From IMG/VR virus record IMGVR_UViG_3300037067_004979, positions 10,733-74,732 of that record: a stretch of DNA of 64,000 nucleotides, one strand, 5' to 3'. Below, piece by piece: positions 1-10,060 of the stretch. This stretch comes from a virus (Duplodnaviria; Heunggongvirae; Uroviricota; Caudoviricetes). The stretch's first letter is position 1, and each line of letters opens with the position of its first letter. A model generated the notes under the pieces. That model made no database searches. It was not told where the DNA came from and worked only from the letters and a program-made list of their open reading frames with translations. The position numbers and the translations under genes are program-made.

Positions 1-132
1 ATAGAGGCCCTTGGTCTGAGTGATAGTCAATATAAGGCGGTGAGAAAGTTGGTTTTGTCAGAGATAAATGGCTGTCAGGAAGTAGTCCTTAGATCTCTGG
101 ATGATAAGGTAACAGTTATAGAAAATAAGTAA
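1..132 (+). CDS. 3' end of upstream gene (partial, C-terminal 43 aa)
   Basis: Open frame 1 from the window edge to TAA at 130-132; followed by RBS GGGAGGAAAA for the next gene. Confidence 0.4.
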   Translation: MEALGLSDSQYKAVRKLVLSEINGCQEVVLRSLDDKVTVIENK

Positions 133-158
133 ATCCACCTTAGTGGATGGGAGGAAAA

Positions 159-1376
159 ATGAGTGGAGATTTAAGAAAATCAATCTCTAGGTTGACCGAC
201 ATAGTAGCTGAGCTACAAAAGGGTGAGGTCAAGGCAGATGGAAGGGATGGTCACGCAACAGTTGGTAATCCAATGAAGGATAGCATGCCACATCAGATTG
301 CTAAGCCTGCTGGTATGCCACTGGCTAAGAGTGCCAATTCAAAGATACCAACCCCAAAGAAGGGTATACCTAAGCCAACACATAGAGTACCTGTTAAACA
401 CATAAACCCAACTAAGGAGAGAGCATATCTTAAGGTACAGAAGAGTATTGTTCTCATTAACAGGGAAATTGATGCATCTTCATTTAGACCAATGACTGAT
501 GATATGATTATGAAGTCATTTGGTAACATGCCTGATTTTATGCAGAATGTTAACTCTCGGCCTAGTGTATCATGGTGGGAACGTGGTATGGAGAGAGTTG
601 GTAACTATGAGAGCAAACCAGCTGATTATCTGAGTAATATCTGGTATGGTGATATCAACAAGGAAGCCCCCTGGTCTGAGGAGAGGGGCCAATCCAATGC
701 CCAACAGGAACTTAAGGGAGAAAACAAGGATGATGATCTAAAGAGATGGATTGCAAGCGCTCTTGAGGGTGGTGGTCTAGGTTCTCTAAGAAATCATCCC
801 AGAGCTGGTGATGCTATCAAGAAGGCCTGCTCATATGTAGGTAAGTCTATTCTTGGAAAGTCAAATAATCTGATTAAATCTGGTGTTGGTGATATTGATC
901 CAGAGGTTCTTGGTTCTGCTGTTATTGATGCAATTGATGAGATAGTGAATACCTCTGGTGATGAAAAGTTAGCTAAGGCCTGGTCTGGTACACTTGGTGG
1001 CATCATAACAAAGGATGCTGGTAGTGTTATTGGTACTGGTGTTGGTGGTGTTATGGGTGGTGCTGCTGCAGGTCCTATTGGTGCTGGAGTTGGGGCACTT
1101 GGTGGACAGAAAATTGGTGAACAATTTGATAAGAAATCAATTGATGTTCCAGCTGCTGTGGCTGCTGCTGGTAAGGGTATTAATGAGGGGTCTAAGGAAT
1201 ACAGAACACTGACACAGAAATCTGTTGCTGAACCAATAAGTAGTAAGTTTACCCCCAAAGCTCGTAAGGGCAGATTAGGAGAGGAGTATGACGGTGAGTC
1301 TGCTGTTTCTGGAGATGGCACCAAGCTAAATGTTGGTGATCTAACCAGTAAGAATGAGACAGTAAAGGATATCTAA
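159..1376 (+). CDS. Gly-rich hypothetical protein (possible internal virion/scaffold-like protein)
   Basis: Long ORF; start moved to ATG 159 behind GGGAGGAAAA RBS; Gly/Ala-rich low-complexity middle (GTGVGGVMGGAAAGPIGAGVGALGG); no catalytic motif recognised. Confidence 0.55.
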   Translation: MSGDLRKSISRLTDIVAELQKGEVKADGRDGHATVGNPMKDSMPHQIAKPAGMPLAKSANSKIPTPKKGIPKPTHRVPVKHINPTKERAYLKVQKSIVLINREIDASSFRPMTDDMIMKSFGNMPDFMQNVNSRPSVSWWERGMERVGNYESKPADYLSNIWYGDINKEAPWSEERGQSNAQQELKGENKDDDLKRWIASALEGGGLGSLRNHPRAGDAIKKACSYVGKSILGKSNNLIKSGVGDIDPEVLGSAVIDAIDEIVNTSGDEKLAKAWSGTLGGIITKDAGSVIGTGVGGVMGGAAAGPIGAGVGALGGQKIGEQFDKKSIDVPAAVAAAGKGINEGSKEYRTLTQKSVAEPISSKFTPKARKGRLGEEYDGESAVSGDGTKLNVGDLTSKNETVKDI

Positions 1377-1377
1377 G

Positions 1378-1704
1378 ATGTCTGAAGAAGAGATTGAATA
1401 TGAGGGAGAACCAGTAGATACCATCTTTGTCAGTTATGATGAGGACAACAAGGTCTTCTACATGGAGATCAATGATGATTATGGATTCATTCTTACTCCC
1501 CAGCAATCACTTGAGTTTGTTAATAAGTACATCAAGGTTATAGATGAGATAATAAAGGATGGGTTCAAGACTTCCATGAACTCATTTCTCAATGCACACA
1601 GACAGGCTGCAATGATTAAGATAGAGAGTGGTGATGAATCAAGAGCTGTTGAGGAGATAGAGAGAATGCTATCAGAAAATGACAATGGTACGATAGCGTC
1701 ATGA
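1378..1704 (+). CDS. small acidic protein
   Basis: ATG overlaps previous stop (TAAGATG); strongly acidic 108 aa. Confidence 0.5.
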   Translation: MSEEEIEYEGEPVDTIFVSYDEDNKVFYMEINDDYGFILTPQQSLEFVNKYIKVIDEIIKDGFKTSMNSFLNAHRQAAMIKIESGDESRAVEEIERMLSENDNGTIAS

Positions 1705-1715
1705 GGTGATTTACT

Positions 1716-4343
1716 ATGGGTAGAAGAGGACCACAACCTGGTGATATTGCTGGTAAGGTAAGGGTTATGGTACCAGCAGAAAAGAATGGTAAGAGATACT
1801 ATATACCTAGATATGTAACACAGGAAGCTGCATCAAAATACCAGCAATACACACCTGGTATGGAGGAGCAGGAACAATCCACAGGTAAAAAGAGACCAGA
1901 AAACTGGAAGGATCCAAGATTAAACCAGGTATATAATCTTCCACCAAATGATGAATCTAGATACCATTCTCACCAGGGATCACTAAAGTATCATCCTGTT
2001 CATCTCCCACATGACGATGATAATGTAAGCATAGAGCATCGTAATGAGAAGGATGCCTATGAAAATAGGTATTATGGCTCAAAGATGCAGAAACCTCTCT
2101 ATGAACAACTTGGTTTTGATCTTAATCGTAGTGTGCCAATAAACATGAGGGGATTGAGGCTAAAGGCAGATAAGTATGTGCATCCCAAGATAGGAAACTT
2201 CTATCTGTTTGATCACAAGGGATGGAGTTATGTTGTATCACCAGCCAACAAGATCACAAAACACTTCTATAATAAGTTAGATGGTGAGGATTTCATATTT
2301 AACTTGATAAGAGGGCCAAAGAAGTCATTTGAATCTAAATCACTCATACTAGATAAGATACAAAAGATGATACAGGCTTTCTCAAGTTATACATCTGGTA
2401 ACAATTCAGTCAGGATAGAGTATAATGGTAATGAATACTCTGTTTTGGTAAACAGCAACCCAATTATGCAGAGTGGTGATTTTGGATCAGCAATGTCAGA
2501 GTATTACAGACAGATAGGAGAGATAGTTAGACTGCAGGAGAGTGATCCAGACATCTCACTTAATATATTTGGGGATCAGGTTGTTAGAACAAACAGAGAG
2601 GCCATTGACAAGCTATCAATGATGGGTAAATCCATGGAAGCTGGGATGCTTAAGAATTTTGATTACTCTAATGTCAAGCTACCATTTGAGGATATCATTT
2701 TTAAGTATGAATCCCCCAGTAATCAGATAGGACAGGTACCAATACAGGAAGATATGGGGCAGGCTGCTGCAGAGACTGGTAATAAGCCTCGTAGATTAGA
2801 TGAAAACAGGGAGAGAAAACAGATTGGTTCTAATACATTTGAACTAAAGTCTATAGATAAGGATAGAGCTCAACGTATAGGTAGGAGCATTGGGATTGAT
2901 TTTGATAAGTATAATCTAGATCAATTCACAAGGGGCATAAATGTAGAGAGAGAACACGGTTCTAGGGATCCAGAAACCGATGTTATTGGTGATGACCCAT
3001 TTGCTGCCGGCAAGATTGCATGGGCACACCTAAAGGAAGTGCCAGACTACTACACCAAGTTAGAGATGGTGGAAAAGGAATTAAGAGATCTAGGCATGAG
3101 ACCCGCTCCAGAGGAAGCTCTACAAGATAGACACAGAGATGTTGATAGGCCGCATAAGGTAAGTCGTACCTTTCAACAGAGAAACTCTCCAAGTGAAGAG
3201 GTACCAATGGAGTTCAAGGATTTTCCGATGATGGCAGAGGGTGTACAAGCACATGAGAGTGTTAAGTTAGAGGGAACAGCTGATAAGATCGGTGGTAAAC
3301 CAAAACCAATAATTGGGAAGTCCTTTGGACCCATGATGGCAGTGGATAGAATTGGTGATAATCCCAAGCCAATAGATGGTAGAGACAGTGTTGGTAGCTT
3401 TTCTACAGAGCGTGATACCACATCTGAGCTAGAGAATCAAACTCAGGAGCAGCATGAGGTTGAGGAAAATAAGGAGCCATTCTATCACAAGAGATTTAAT
3501 ACTGATATGATCTATGACCAGTTAGAGGATATCCTTAAATCCCGCGGATTAATAGAGGGATCACAACCAATGGGTGTAAAGAGCATTGGTAATCAGGTAG
3601 AGCATGCAGTTTATCATGGCCTAAGAGATACTGTTAATGATTGGTTTTCTAGGATTGAACCCACCACACAACTTGATAAGGCTGTGCTGGATCTAAAGGC
3701 TGATCTTCTTAAGTGGGAGATTGGGGTGAGTAGAGATGTTGTAACAGATGTTAATGATATCTTTAATAAGGGTATTCAAGCTGGGATGGGAAATACAGGT
3801 ATTGCTGTTCCTGACAGATTAACTGGAATGTTTAACTATCAGATGTATAAACCAACTGGTATATCACCAGCTCTTGAGAATTTTCAAAACAGTGTCTTTG
3901 ACTCACTGTCTGGTATACTGAGAAAGCACTACGATAATGGCTTCCCAATTTACAGCACTAAGAGAGACATTGACTCATATCTCAGGAAAGCTAGATATAA
4001 CACCAGATTAATGATAAAGTCCGAGGTAGCCCAGATGGCCAACCTAGGCCAGATCATAGCATGGGAGCAGGATCCTGATAGGTACATGTATGAGTATTTC
4101 TGGAATGCAATTGATGATGATAGGATTAAGGTTATATCTAAGTCCAGACTGGATGGTAACCCATATGCATATCCTGAGATTCGTTTCCTCTGGGAAAACC
4201 AGATACAGATCATAGATGGTGTTGAGTACAATGACGTATTTAATCAGAGGTGTAGTATTTCCAGGGGTGATCTCCTTAGTAAAAGCTGGGATACAAATAG
4301 ATTTTCCTCTAGTGTGAATCTATTTAAGTCTACAATGATATGA
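1716..4343 (+). CDS. large virion-associated protein with MuF-like C-terminal region and N-terminal copy of the shared RYY module
   Basis: 875-aa ORF, RBS GAGGTGA; C-terminal YEYFWNAIDDDRIKVISKSRLDGNPYAYPE resembles phage Mu F/SPP1 gp7 head-morphogenesis signature (Y.W...D.R......LdG); N-term VRVMVPAEKNGKRYYIP similar to module in downstream paralogs. Confidence 0.55.
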   Translation: MGRRGPQPGDIAGKVRVMVPAEKNGKRYYIPRYVTQEAASKYQQYTPGMEEQEQSTGKKRPENWKDPRLNQVYNLPPNDESRYHSHQGSLKYHPVHLPHDDDNVSIEHRNEKDAYENRYYGSKMQKPLYEQLGFDLNRSVPINMRGLRLKADKYVHPKIGNFYLFDHKGWSYVVSPANKITKHFYNKLDGEDFIFNLIRGPKKSFESKSLILDKIQKMIQAFSSYTSGNNSVRIEYNGNEYSVLVNSNPIMQSGDFGSAMSEYYRQIGEIVRLQESDPDISLNIFGDQVVRTNREAIDKLSMMGKSMEAGMLKNFDYSNVKLPFEDIIFKYESPSNQIGQVPIQEDMGQAAAETGNKPRRLDENRERKQIGSNTFELKSIDKDRAQRIGRSIGIDFDKYNLDQFTRGINVEREHGSRDPETDVIGDDPFAAGKIAWAHLKEVPDYYTKLEMVEKELRDLGMRPAPEEALQDRHRDVDRPHKVSRTFQQRNSPSEEVPMEFKDFPMMAEGVQAHESVKLEGTADKIGGKPKPIIGKSFGPMMAVDRIGDNPKPIDGRDSVGSFSTERDTTSELENQTQEQHEVEENKEPFYHKRFNTDMIYDQLEDILKSRGLIEGSQPMGVKSIGNQVEHAVYHGLRDTVNDWFSRIEPTTQLDKAVLDLKADLLKWEIGVSRDVVTDVNDIFNKGIQAGMGNTGIAVPDRLTGMFNYQMYKPTGISPALENFQNSVFDSLSGILRKHYDNGFPIYSTKRDIDSYLRKARYNTRLMIKSEVAQMANLGQIIAWEQDPDRYMYEYFWNAIDDDRIKVISKSRLDGNPYAYPEIRFLWENQIQIIDGVEYNDVFNQRCSISRGDLLSKSWDTNRFSSSVNLFKSTMI

Positions 4344-7300
4344 ATGATATACTGTCTAGAATAGATGGTTTTCTTGTGAAGGCAAAGAAACATGGTGTAT
4401 CATATGCTGAGTATGTTAATAATACATCAATCAAGAGTGGGCATGATAAATTTAATGAGTATACCCCAAGTACACAGAGTAAAATCATTAAAAATCCTGC
4501 TGAGATATTAGATTATGATCTTGAGATTGGGGTAATTGATCAGGATGATTATGATAATATCATGGCATATCTTAAATCAATAAATAGTGAGCAGGCACCC
4601 CAACCACAGGGCCAAAAGGTATATCTCAAGCCTGGTGAGCACTCTCCTGAGGGTACCAGAGAGTATCAGGGCAAGCGTGGTGGGAGATACTACCTTGCTA
4701 CAGGCAAAACTGGATCAACTGGGGCAGAACAATATGACATTGATGCAGATTTAGATAGACAGATTAGGGAAGATCCTGTATTCTCTGATATGGTTAAGAC
4801 AGGTGGTGTGGGGGAATCAATCTATAGGGATATAGTTGGGTATCTTAAACTTGATAATAACCAACTGTTAGAGACATATCATCTTCGTGGTGATTCTGAT
4901 ATAAGTAATAAGATATTAAATGAGATAATAACTAGAAGAATTGCTAATGGTGATTTGAGTCTCAAGATTGATAAGACATATCTAATAGATTCTAGGCATG
5001 GCCTCATTGGGTATATATGGAGTGCCCCAAAAAACATAAAGATAGACTTTATCAAGAGTAACATAGATACTGATAATGTTAATATAGGTAGAGTTATACT
5101 GGATATTCTTGAAGATAACATAAATCTACCAGGTAGAGATAATCTATATCTTGATCTAGCACATGGATTGGGCTCTAAAAATTTAACTATAATGGAAAAC
5201 ATATTACATCATATCTCTAGTGACCATATCTCTGATAAGATCTTTATAAGAAGTAAATACCCAGAGGTGAGGAGTTTGGCCATGTCTAGAATATCAGATC
5301 CAGATTTAATCAGAAGAATGTTGAACAATGAGTTAGGTATGAGCCTTAAGAGTCCCTATATACTTGAACGAGGGTTATCTAGGGGTGATAAGGATCTGGT
5401 TACCAGCCCAAGATATCTTGAAGCCTGCGCTGCTGATGATAGGGTTAGTTTAGGACGTCTTCTTAATAGGAGTGGTGATCCTCTAACTATACCAGATATC
5501 TATGGTGTATATAAATCAGTACCAAGTGGTACGTTTATATCAATCATCTGGGGTTTAAATAGTGAAGAGGGCATACTTGATTTAATGAGATATAATGATC
5601 CTGTACTAAATAATTTGATTTTTAATAACAGAAATTTTGATAATCAATTCATATCCCAAATTATTGATAGTGATGATATAGATAAAACCAGTGACATGTG
5701 GCGTAACATACTATACGATACAGATAGTGAGGATATCATCAGTGGTAAGCTAGATGATCCTGACATTCAGACATCTCGTATAGCTCTATCTAGATTGATA
5801 GATCTTGGGGGTGTAAATCGTTTTGGTAATGATAACTGGGTGTTAACAGCATATAATCACACAAATGAGGATAATCTAGATTATGTTATATCTAAGAAAA
5901 GCCCAAAGTTAAGTAATCTCCTCTTTGATGAGATATTCATCAGTGATAAATTTAGTGTGGTTGATAAGGATGATGTGTTGGATTACTTTTCTAGATACAT
6001 ACCAGACGATGCCTTTGCAGAAAAGATAGTTGGGTACATGGATATCAATTCTGCTAAGGTAGAATCCATATTTTATGATTTTCCAGGACCAGACCTAGCT
6101 CTAAGGTTAAGAGATACAGAGAATGATGAATTGAGAAGAAAGATAGCTCTGTATCTAAGAGAAGAGGATATCAATGAATCTTATATGTTTGATAGCAATC
6201 TATATGTTAGAAGAGTAATTGCTGATAGATTAATGGATAAGGATAAGATACATCAGATGATAATTAATACTCCCTATGATTCATCTAATAATGAGGGTTC
6301 TCTCTATAATCGCATGATGGATAAATTACTGTGGAAAGCCTCCAGTGAGGATAAGATACATAAGTTTGATGAGTTATTGTCTAACTTTGCTAGGGATGAA
6401 CGTACATATATCTTAACATCAATACTAGCAGATGCTGAATATGATGTACTGTCACATGTTATAAATAACATTAATAACATACCAGATACACATCTTAGGG
6501 ATATCATGACAAACTGCTCTGCTGATGATATCATTAGACTATCTAAAATGGAGAGAATTCCTAAAGATAAAATTCTTACTACCAGATTAAAAAACATAGA
6601 GAATCTCGGTGGTGTTACTGCCATCAATAAATTTAGGGAAACTGGAGAGATTGATACCAATGCTATGAGGAAGGATTTTCTGGATAAGATAAGGAGAGTT
6701 GATGGGATTAATATTCAGGCTGAGGAAATTCATGATGATGATGAACCAGTTGGTCTAGATGAGTTTCTCCATCATCATAGAATTCATGCTGGGTTAAGAC
6801 AGGGATGGCTGTCTAGCTCAAATAGTAGTAAGTCTGCTCTGCTTAAGGAAGCTGCAAGAAGACTGTTTGGTGGGCACGTCTTTTATCATGATAATGCTAT
6901 TGCCAGTGATAAGAAGTGGGATGATGAGGTTACTCAATATAGTAAGGATAATAATATAGATATTGGAGAGGTTGAGAGTTATGTTAGAGATCTATATCAG
7001 ATGACCCAGCAATTACTATCTATTAGATTTCCTGGTAAGGAGGAGTTTACTCTCTGGAGGGGTTCATCTGAGGATGAGATTGCTGAGAAAACTGGAGAGC
7101 AAGATGAGTTTTACTTAACTCCTATTAAGATAAGGCAAAACTCTATCTCATCATGGACACTCAAGAAGAATGTTGCTGCATCATTTGGTAACACAATATT
7201 TGAGATCAAGGTACCCAAGAATGAGATCATAGCCAGCTATCTAATGTACTCATATTCTGGGTTTGAGGCCGAGATTCTTCTACATGGATCTGAGAATAGG

Positions 7301-7360
7301 GATGGATATATAGTACCAGCAAAGGGTATCTGGGAAGATATAACGATAAAGCATGGTTAA
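4340..7360 (+). CDS. polyvalent virion protein with C-terminal ADP-ribosyltransferase domain
   Basis: 1006 aa; KVYLKPGEHSPEGTREYQGKRGGRYYL module (nt 4616-4696); HEAT-like repeats (EVRSLAMSRISDPDLI, YVRRVIADRLMDKD); C-terminal LWRGSS ... SISSWT ... FEAEILL = R / S-x-S / E-x-E ART triad. Confidence 0.65.
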   Translation: MNDILSRIDGFLVKAKKHGVSYAEYVNNTSIKSGHDKFNEYTPSTQSKIIKNPAEILDYDLEIGVIDQDDYDNIMAYLKSINSEQAPQPQGQKVYLKPGEHSPEGTREYQGKRGGRYYLATGKTGSTGAEQYDIDADLDRQIREDPVFSDMVKTGGVGESIYRDIVGYLKLDNNQLLETYHLRGDSDISNKILNEIITRRIANGDLSLKIDKTYLIDSRHGLIGYIWSAPKNIKIDFIKSNIDTDNVNIGRVILDILEDNINLPGRDNLYLDLAHGLGSKNLTIMENILHHISSDHISDKIFIRSKYPEVRSLAMSRISDPDLIRRMLNNELGMSLKSPYILERGLSRGDKDLVTSPRYLEACAADDRVSLGRLLNRSGDPLTIPDIYGVYKSVPSGTFISIIWGLNSEEGILDLMRYNDPVLNNLIFNNRNFDNQFISQIIDSDDIDKTSDMWRNILYDTDSEDIISGKLDDPDIQTSRIALSRLIDLGGVNRFGNDNWVLTAYNHTNEDNLDYVISKKSPKLSNLLFDEIFISDKFSVVDKDDVLDYFSRYIPDDAFAEKIVGYMDINSAKVESIFYDFPGPDLALRLRDTENDELRRKIALYLREEDINESYMFDSNLYVRRVIADRLMDKDKIHQMIINTPYDSSNNEGSLYNRMMDKLLWKASSEDKIHKFDELLSNFARDERTYILTSILADAEYDVLSHVINNINNIPDTHLRDIMTNCSADDIIRLSKMERIPKDKILTTRLKNIENLGGVTAINKFRETGEIDTNAMRKDFLDKIRRVDGINIQAEEIHDDDEPVGLDEFLHHHRIHAGLRQGWLSSSNSSKSALLKEAARRLFGGHVFYHDNAIASDKKWDDEVTQYSKDNNIDIGEVESYVRDLYQMTQQLLSIRFPGKEEFTLWRGSSEDEIAEKTGEQDEFYLTPIKIRQNSISSWTLKKNVAASFGNTIFEIKVPKNEIIASYLMYSYSGFEAEILLHGSENRDGYIVPAKGIWEDITIKHG

Positions 7361-8549
7361 TACATATAACATAGATAACAACACAGATAACTCTGATTGG
7401 ATCCAGACAGTCAGGAGGTTAAATGAATTCAGTGATTTCAGAAAAACCTATCTGAGAACTGGCCAGAAACCTCCTAAGGGAAAGGAACTATATCAGGGGC
7501 CAAGAGGTGGGCACTTCTACCTTGCTAATGAGGATGATAAGTCTGAGGTTGAGTTCATGATTGATAATAATCTTATCTCTGAGTTAAGAGATAGTGTATT
7601 ATCCAACTGGTATCCAGTTATAAATAGGGTAGCATCATCTATACCAGATTGGATTACAAGAGATCTGAGAATACACATCAGTACCAATCTATATCTTGAA
7701 TCCAGGAAGATGTCAGAGGCAACAATTACTGGTAGGTATCTAGGGAAGGATGATATAATTATGATCAATCCACTCCTGCTTGTTATTAGTGATGAGGATG
7801 AATTGAGAATAAAGAGTGTTGATTATAATAATGAGATAAGATCCAGTGCATTTATATGTGTGTTAACTCATGAGCTTGGACACAGGGTAGAGAGAATACT
7901 ATACGATCACAGACCAAGATTGGTGTCTGATCTATTTGTTGAATATGAAAATACACCTGGTGCTGTTACTAGATATGGGAAAACCAATAAGAATGAGAGA
8001 TTTGCTGAGGCCTTCCTCTACTACAATCAGAATCCCAGAATTCTAGCAGGGAGAGACCCAACATCATATAAATTTATGAGGATGCACGTGTTTGATAACA
8101 GAGATATTGATAATCCAGTCTTAAAATCTGCTGATACTGGTGATATACCACTAGGGTCTGCCTGGATTGAGGATAGGGGGGCCTCCCTAAAATTCTTTGA
8201 GAAAGTCATTCGTGGAAAGAAGATTAGTGAATCTAAGAGAGATAAATCAAAGGATAATAAATCAGCTAATCCACCATTCATAACAATAGAGCCAGATCAG
8301 GGATTAATGCAGAAGTCTAAGATCTACTCTGAGATGGGTGAGGATAGCACAAAGACCACTGATGGCCCTAGAGGCCAACCACAGGAAGATCCACTTGAAA
8401 ATCCTGAGTATGGTTATGGTAATGCTGTTGGTAGCATGTCTATTGATAAGAGTGAGGGACTAGATTCTGTGAAGAAAAAAATAAGAGGGATAACACACGG
8501 TGATGCGGATGTTAAGAGTAAGCAAGACTATCCTTCAAGAGGAGAATAA
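7353..8549 (+). CDS. polyvalent protein with HExxH zinc-metallopeptidase motif
   Basis: KGKELYQGPRGGHFYLAN module near N-terminus; ICVLTHELGHRVE HExxH motif (nt ~7856-7894); start overlaps upstream stop. Confidence 0.6.
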   Translation: MVNTYNIDNNTDNSDWIQTVRRLNEFSDFRKTYLRTGQKPPKGKELYQGPRGGHFYLANEDDKSEVEFMIDNNLISELRDSVLSNWYPVINRVASSIPDWITRDLRIHISTNLYLESRKMSEATITGRYLGKDDIIMINPLLLVISDEDELRIKSVDYNNEIRSSAFICVLTHELGHRVERILYDHRPRLVSDLFVEYENTPGAVTRYGKTNKNERFAEAFLYYNQNPRILAGRDPTSYKFMRMHVFDNRDIDNPVLKSADTGDIPLGSAWIEDRGASLKFFEKVIRGKKISESKRDKSKDNKSANPPFITIEPDQGLMQKSKIYSEMGEDSTKTTDGPRGQPQEDPLENPEYGYGNAVGSMSIDKSEGLDSVKKKIRGITHGDADVKSKQDYPSRGE

Positions 8550-8970
8550 GAGGTGGGAATCCTATCAGATTGGTTCAAGAGTAAGCAAGAGAACCAAGTT
8601 ATTGATTGGTAACTCCCTCAGTATCATGGGATCCATCATAGGTAATGCAGATGATAATGTCAGAGCTGTTTATCATGGTGGTGAGTTACAGGGTGCTGTT
8701 GTCTATGGTGTTAGTAATGATGAGATGAGAGTTGCATTTATTGCTGTTGCCCCTTGGAATGTCTATGGTATGCCAGATAGACTGAGTGGGTGTGGGGCAT
8801 ACATGATGAGACATATTTTCAAAATAGTCAGCAGAGATGTTAAAATTAAGGGTGTATCACTGGTTGCCTTTGATGAGGCAGTCAATTTTTATAGGAAACT
8901 TGGATTTACTGAGAGAGGTGCATCAATGTTTATATCAAGAAGGAAGATCAATGGGAAACTGGGAAAATAG
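8500..8970 (+). CDS. GNAT family N-acetyltransferase
   Basis: VAFIAVAPW...RLSGCGAYMMRHI...FYRKLGF matches GNAT motifs A/B; overlaps both neighbours by short stretches (translational coupling). Confidence 0.55.
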   Translation: MMRMLRVSKTILQEENKRWESYQIGSRVSKRTKLLIGNSLSIMGSIIGNADDNVRAVYHGGELQGAVVYGVSNDEMRVAFIAVAPWNVYGMPDRLSGCGAYMMRHIFKIVSRDVKIKGVSLVAFDEAVNFYRKLGFTERGASMFISRRKINGKLGK

Positions 8971-10060
8971 AGCCAGAAAACTAGATTCTAGAAAGAAGCA
9001 GAGGGGATTTAAGACACACAATAAGGGTATGGCTAATCTACATGCTAATATTGCTAGTAAGAGATCCGCTGAGGCTGATGTGGTTCTTGATAAGATAAAT
9101 AGATTAACCAAGGGTAAGGTATACCTCTATGGTGATGAACACTCCCCTGAGAATACCCAGGAATTTAGAGGTCCTAAGGGTGCTAGATTCTACTACAGTG
9201 ATCAGTCAGGTGGTGGAGAAGTCCAACAATCACCAGACATATCCAGTTTAAATAGCAGAGAGATTGATGATAACACACTCCAAATTCTACAGAAGCAATC
9301 TGCTGTATGGAAGCAGTATGCAGAGAAATTTGGAGATGAGAACTCAGTTAATGCTGCATGGTTATTTGATGAGTTGGTTGGTGATATACAGGATTCTCAC
9401 ATACCACGTAGACTTAAATTTATATCATCTGACAGGGGCATTGAGAATGTTGCTGAGTTTAGGGATGTTAAGAAGAACAATGCCTACTACATTGATGTTC
9501 TAGCGTCTTCCCCACTAAATCAGGTTGGTTCAAGAGATAGAAGACCTGGTGGTGGTAATAAGCTACTCTATGATATATGCAGGGAAGCTGTTGATAATAA
9601 CAAGGATTACATCAAGTTAACCACTCTGGATGCTGCAAAACCATATTATCTCCAGAATGGATTTAGGGAATCCCAGACAGAGGGAGACATGATCTTATCA
9701 AGAGATGGTATTATGAGTTTTGTTAAGCAATATGAATCTAAACTTGGTAAGGCCATAGATATTGAGCCTGTCGCAATACCAGAGGGATCTAATATTAGAA
9801 AGGAGTTTGGTATGGCAGCTGATGTTAATACTCCCACATTTGGTGGTGGTTCAAGAAAAATCAGGGATAGAATCAAGATGATACTTGGGAAATCCCAAAA
9901 TCAAATAGATGACATACATGGGGAAGCTAAGCAGGTGGTACCTAAAACCCACATACAGAGAAGGGTTTTACATGAAGTAGAATATTTTGATGATGATAAT
10001 TTAAAAAAGAGTTTAATATTATATGAAGAAGGAGACAAATATTTTGTTGAAGTTATCTAA
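8951..10060 (+). CDS. polyvalent protein with RYY module and GNAT-like C-terminal domain
   Basis: Start placed at ATG 8951 (MGNWENRARK); track start 8837 would overlap the GNAT gene by 130 nt in another frame. KVYLYGDEHSPENTQEFRGPKGARFYY module (nt 9113-9196); YYIDVLAS...RDRRPGGGNKLLYDI...YYLQNGF GNAT-like. Confidence 0.5.
   Translation: MGNWENRARKLDSRKKQRGFKTHNKGMANLHANIASKRSAEADVVLDKINRLTKGKVYLYGDEHSPENTQEFRGPKGARFYYSDQSGGGEVQQSPDISSLNSREIDDNTLQILQKQSAVWKQYAEKFGDENSVNAAWLFDELVGDIQDSHIPRRLKFISSDRGIENVAEFRDVKKNNAYYIDVLASSPLNQVGSRDRRPGGGNKLLYDICREAVDNNKDYIKLTTLDAAKPYYLQNGFRESQTEGDMILSRDGIMSFVKQYESKLGKAIDIEPVAIPEGSNIRKEFGMAADVNTPTFGGGSRKIRDRIKMILGKSQNQIDDIHGEAKQVVPKTHIQRRVLHEVEYFDDDNLKKSLILYEEGDKYFVEVI

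Noticed and set aside
293-1506. Antisense/overlapping track ORFs 293-529(-), 794-1324(-), 1015-1212(+), 1249-1506(-), 1479-1736(-)
   Set aside because: Lie inside or antisense to long + strand genes, low-complexity translations (poly-L/V/A mirror of the Gly-rich gene), no RBS. Same reasoning applies to the other short minus-strand ORFs within 1716-14651 and 33666-63676, and to plus-strand ORFs inside the minus block.
1378-1704. Acidic 108-aa protein as an Ocr-like DNA mimic/anti-restriction protein
   Set aside because: Acidic composition alone is insufficient and it sits within the virion module. Left as hypothetical.
8837-8950. 5' extension of track ORF 8837-10060 overlapping the GNAT gene in another frame
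   Set aside because: A 130-nt out-of-frame overlap is unlikely; ATG 8951 gives the usual few-codon overlap.
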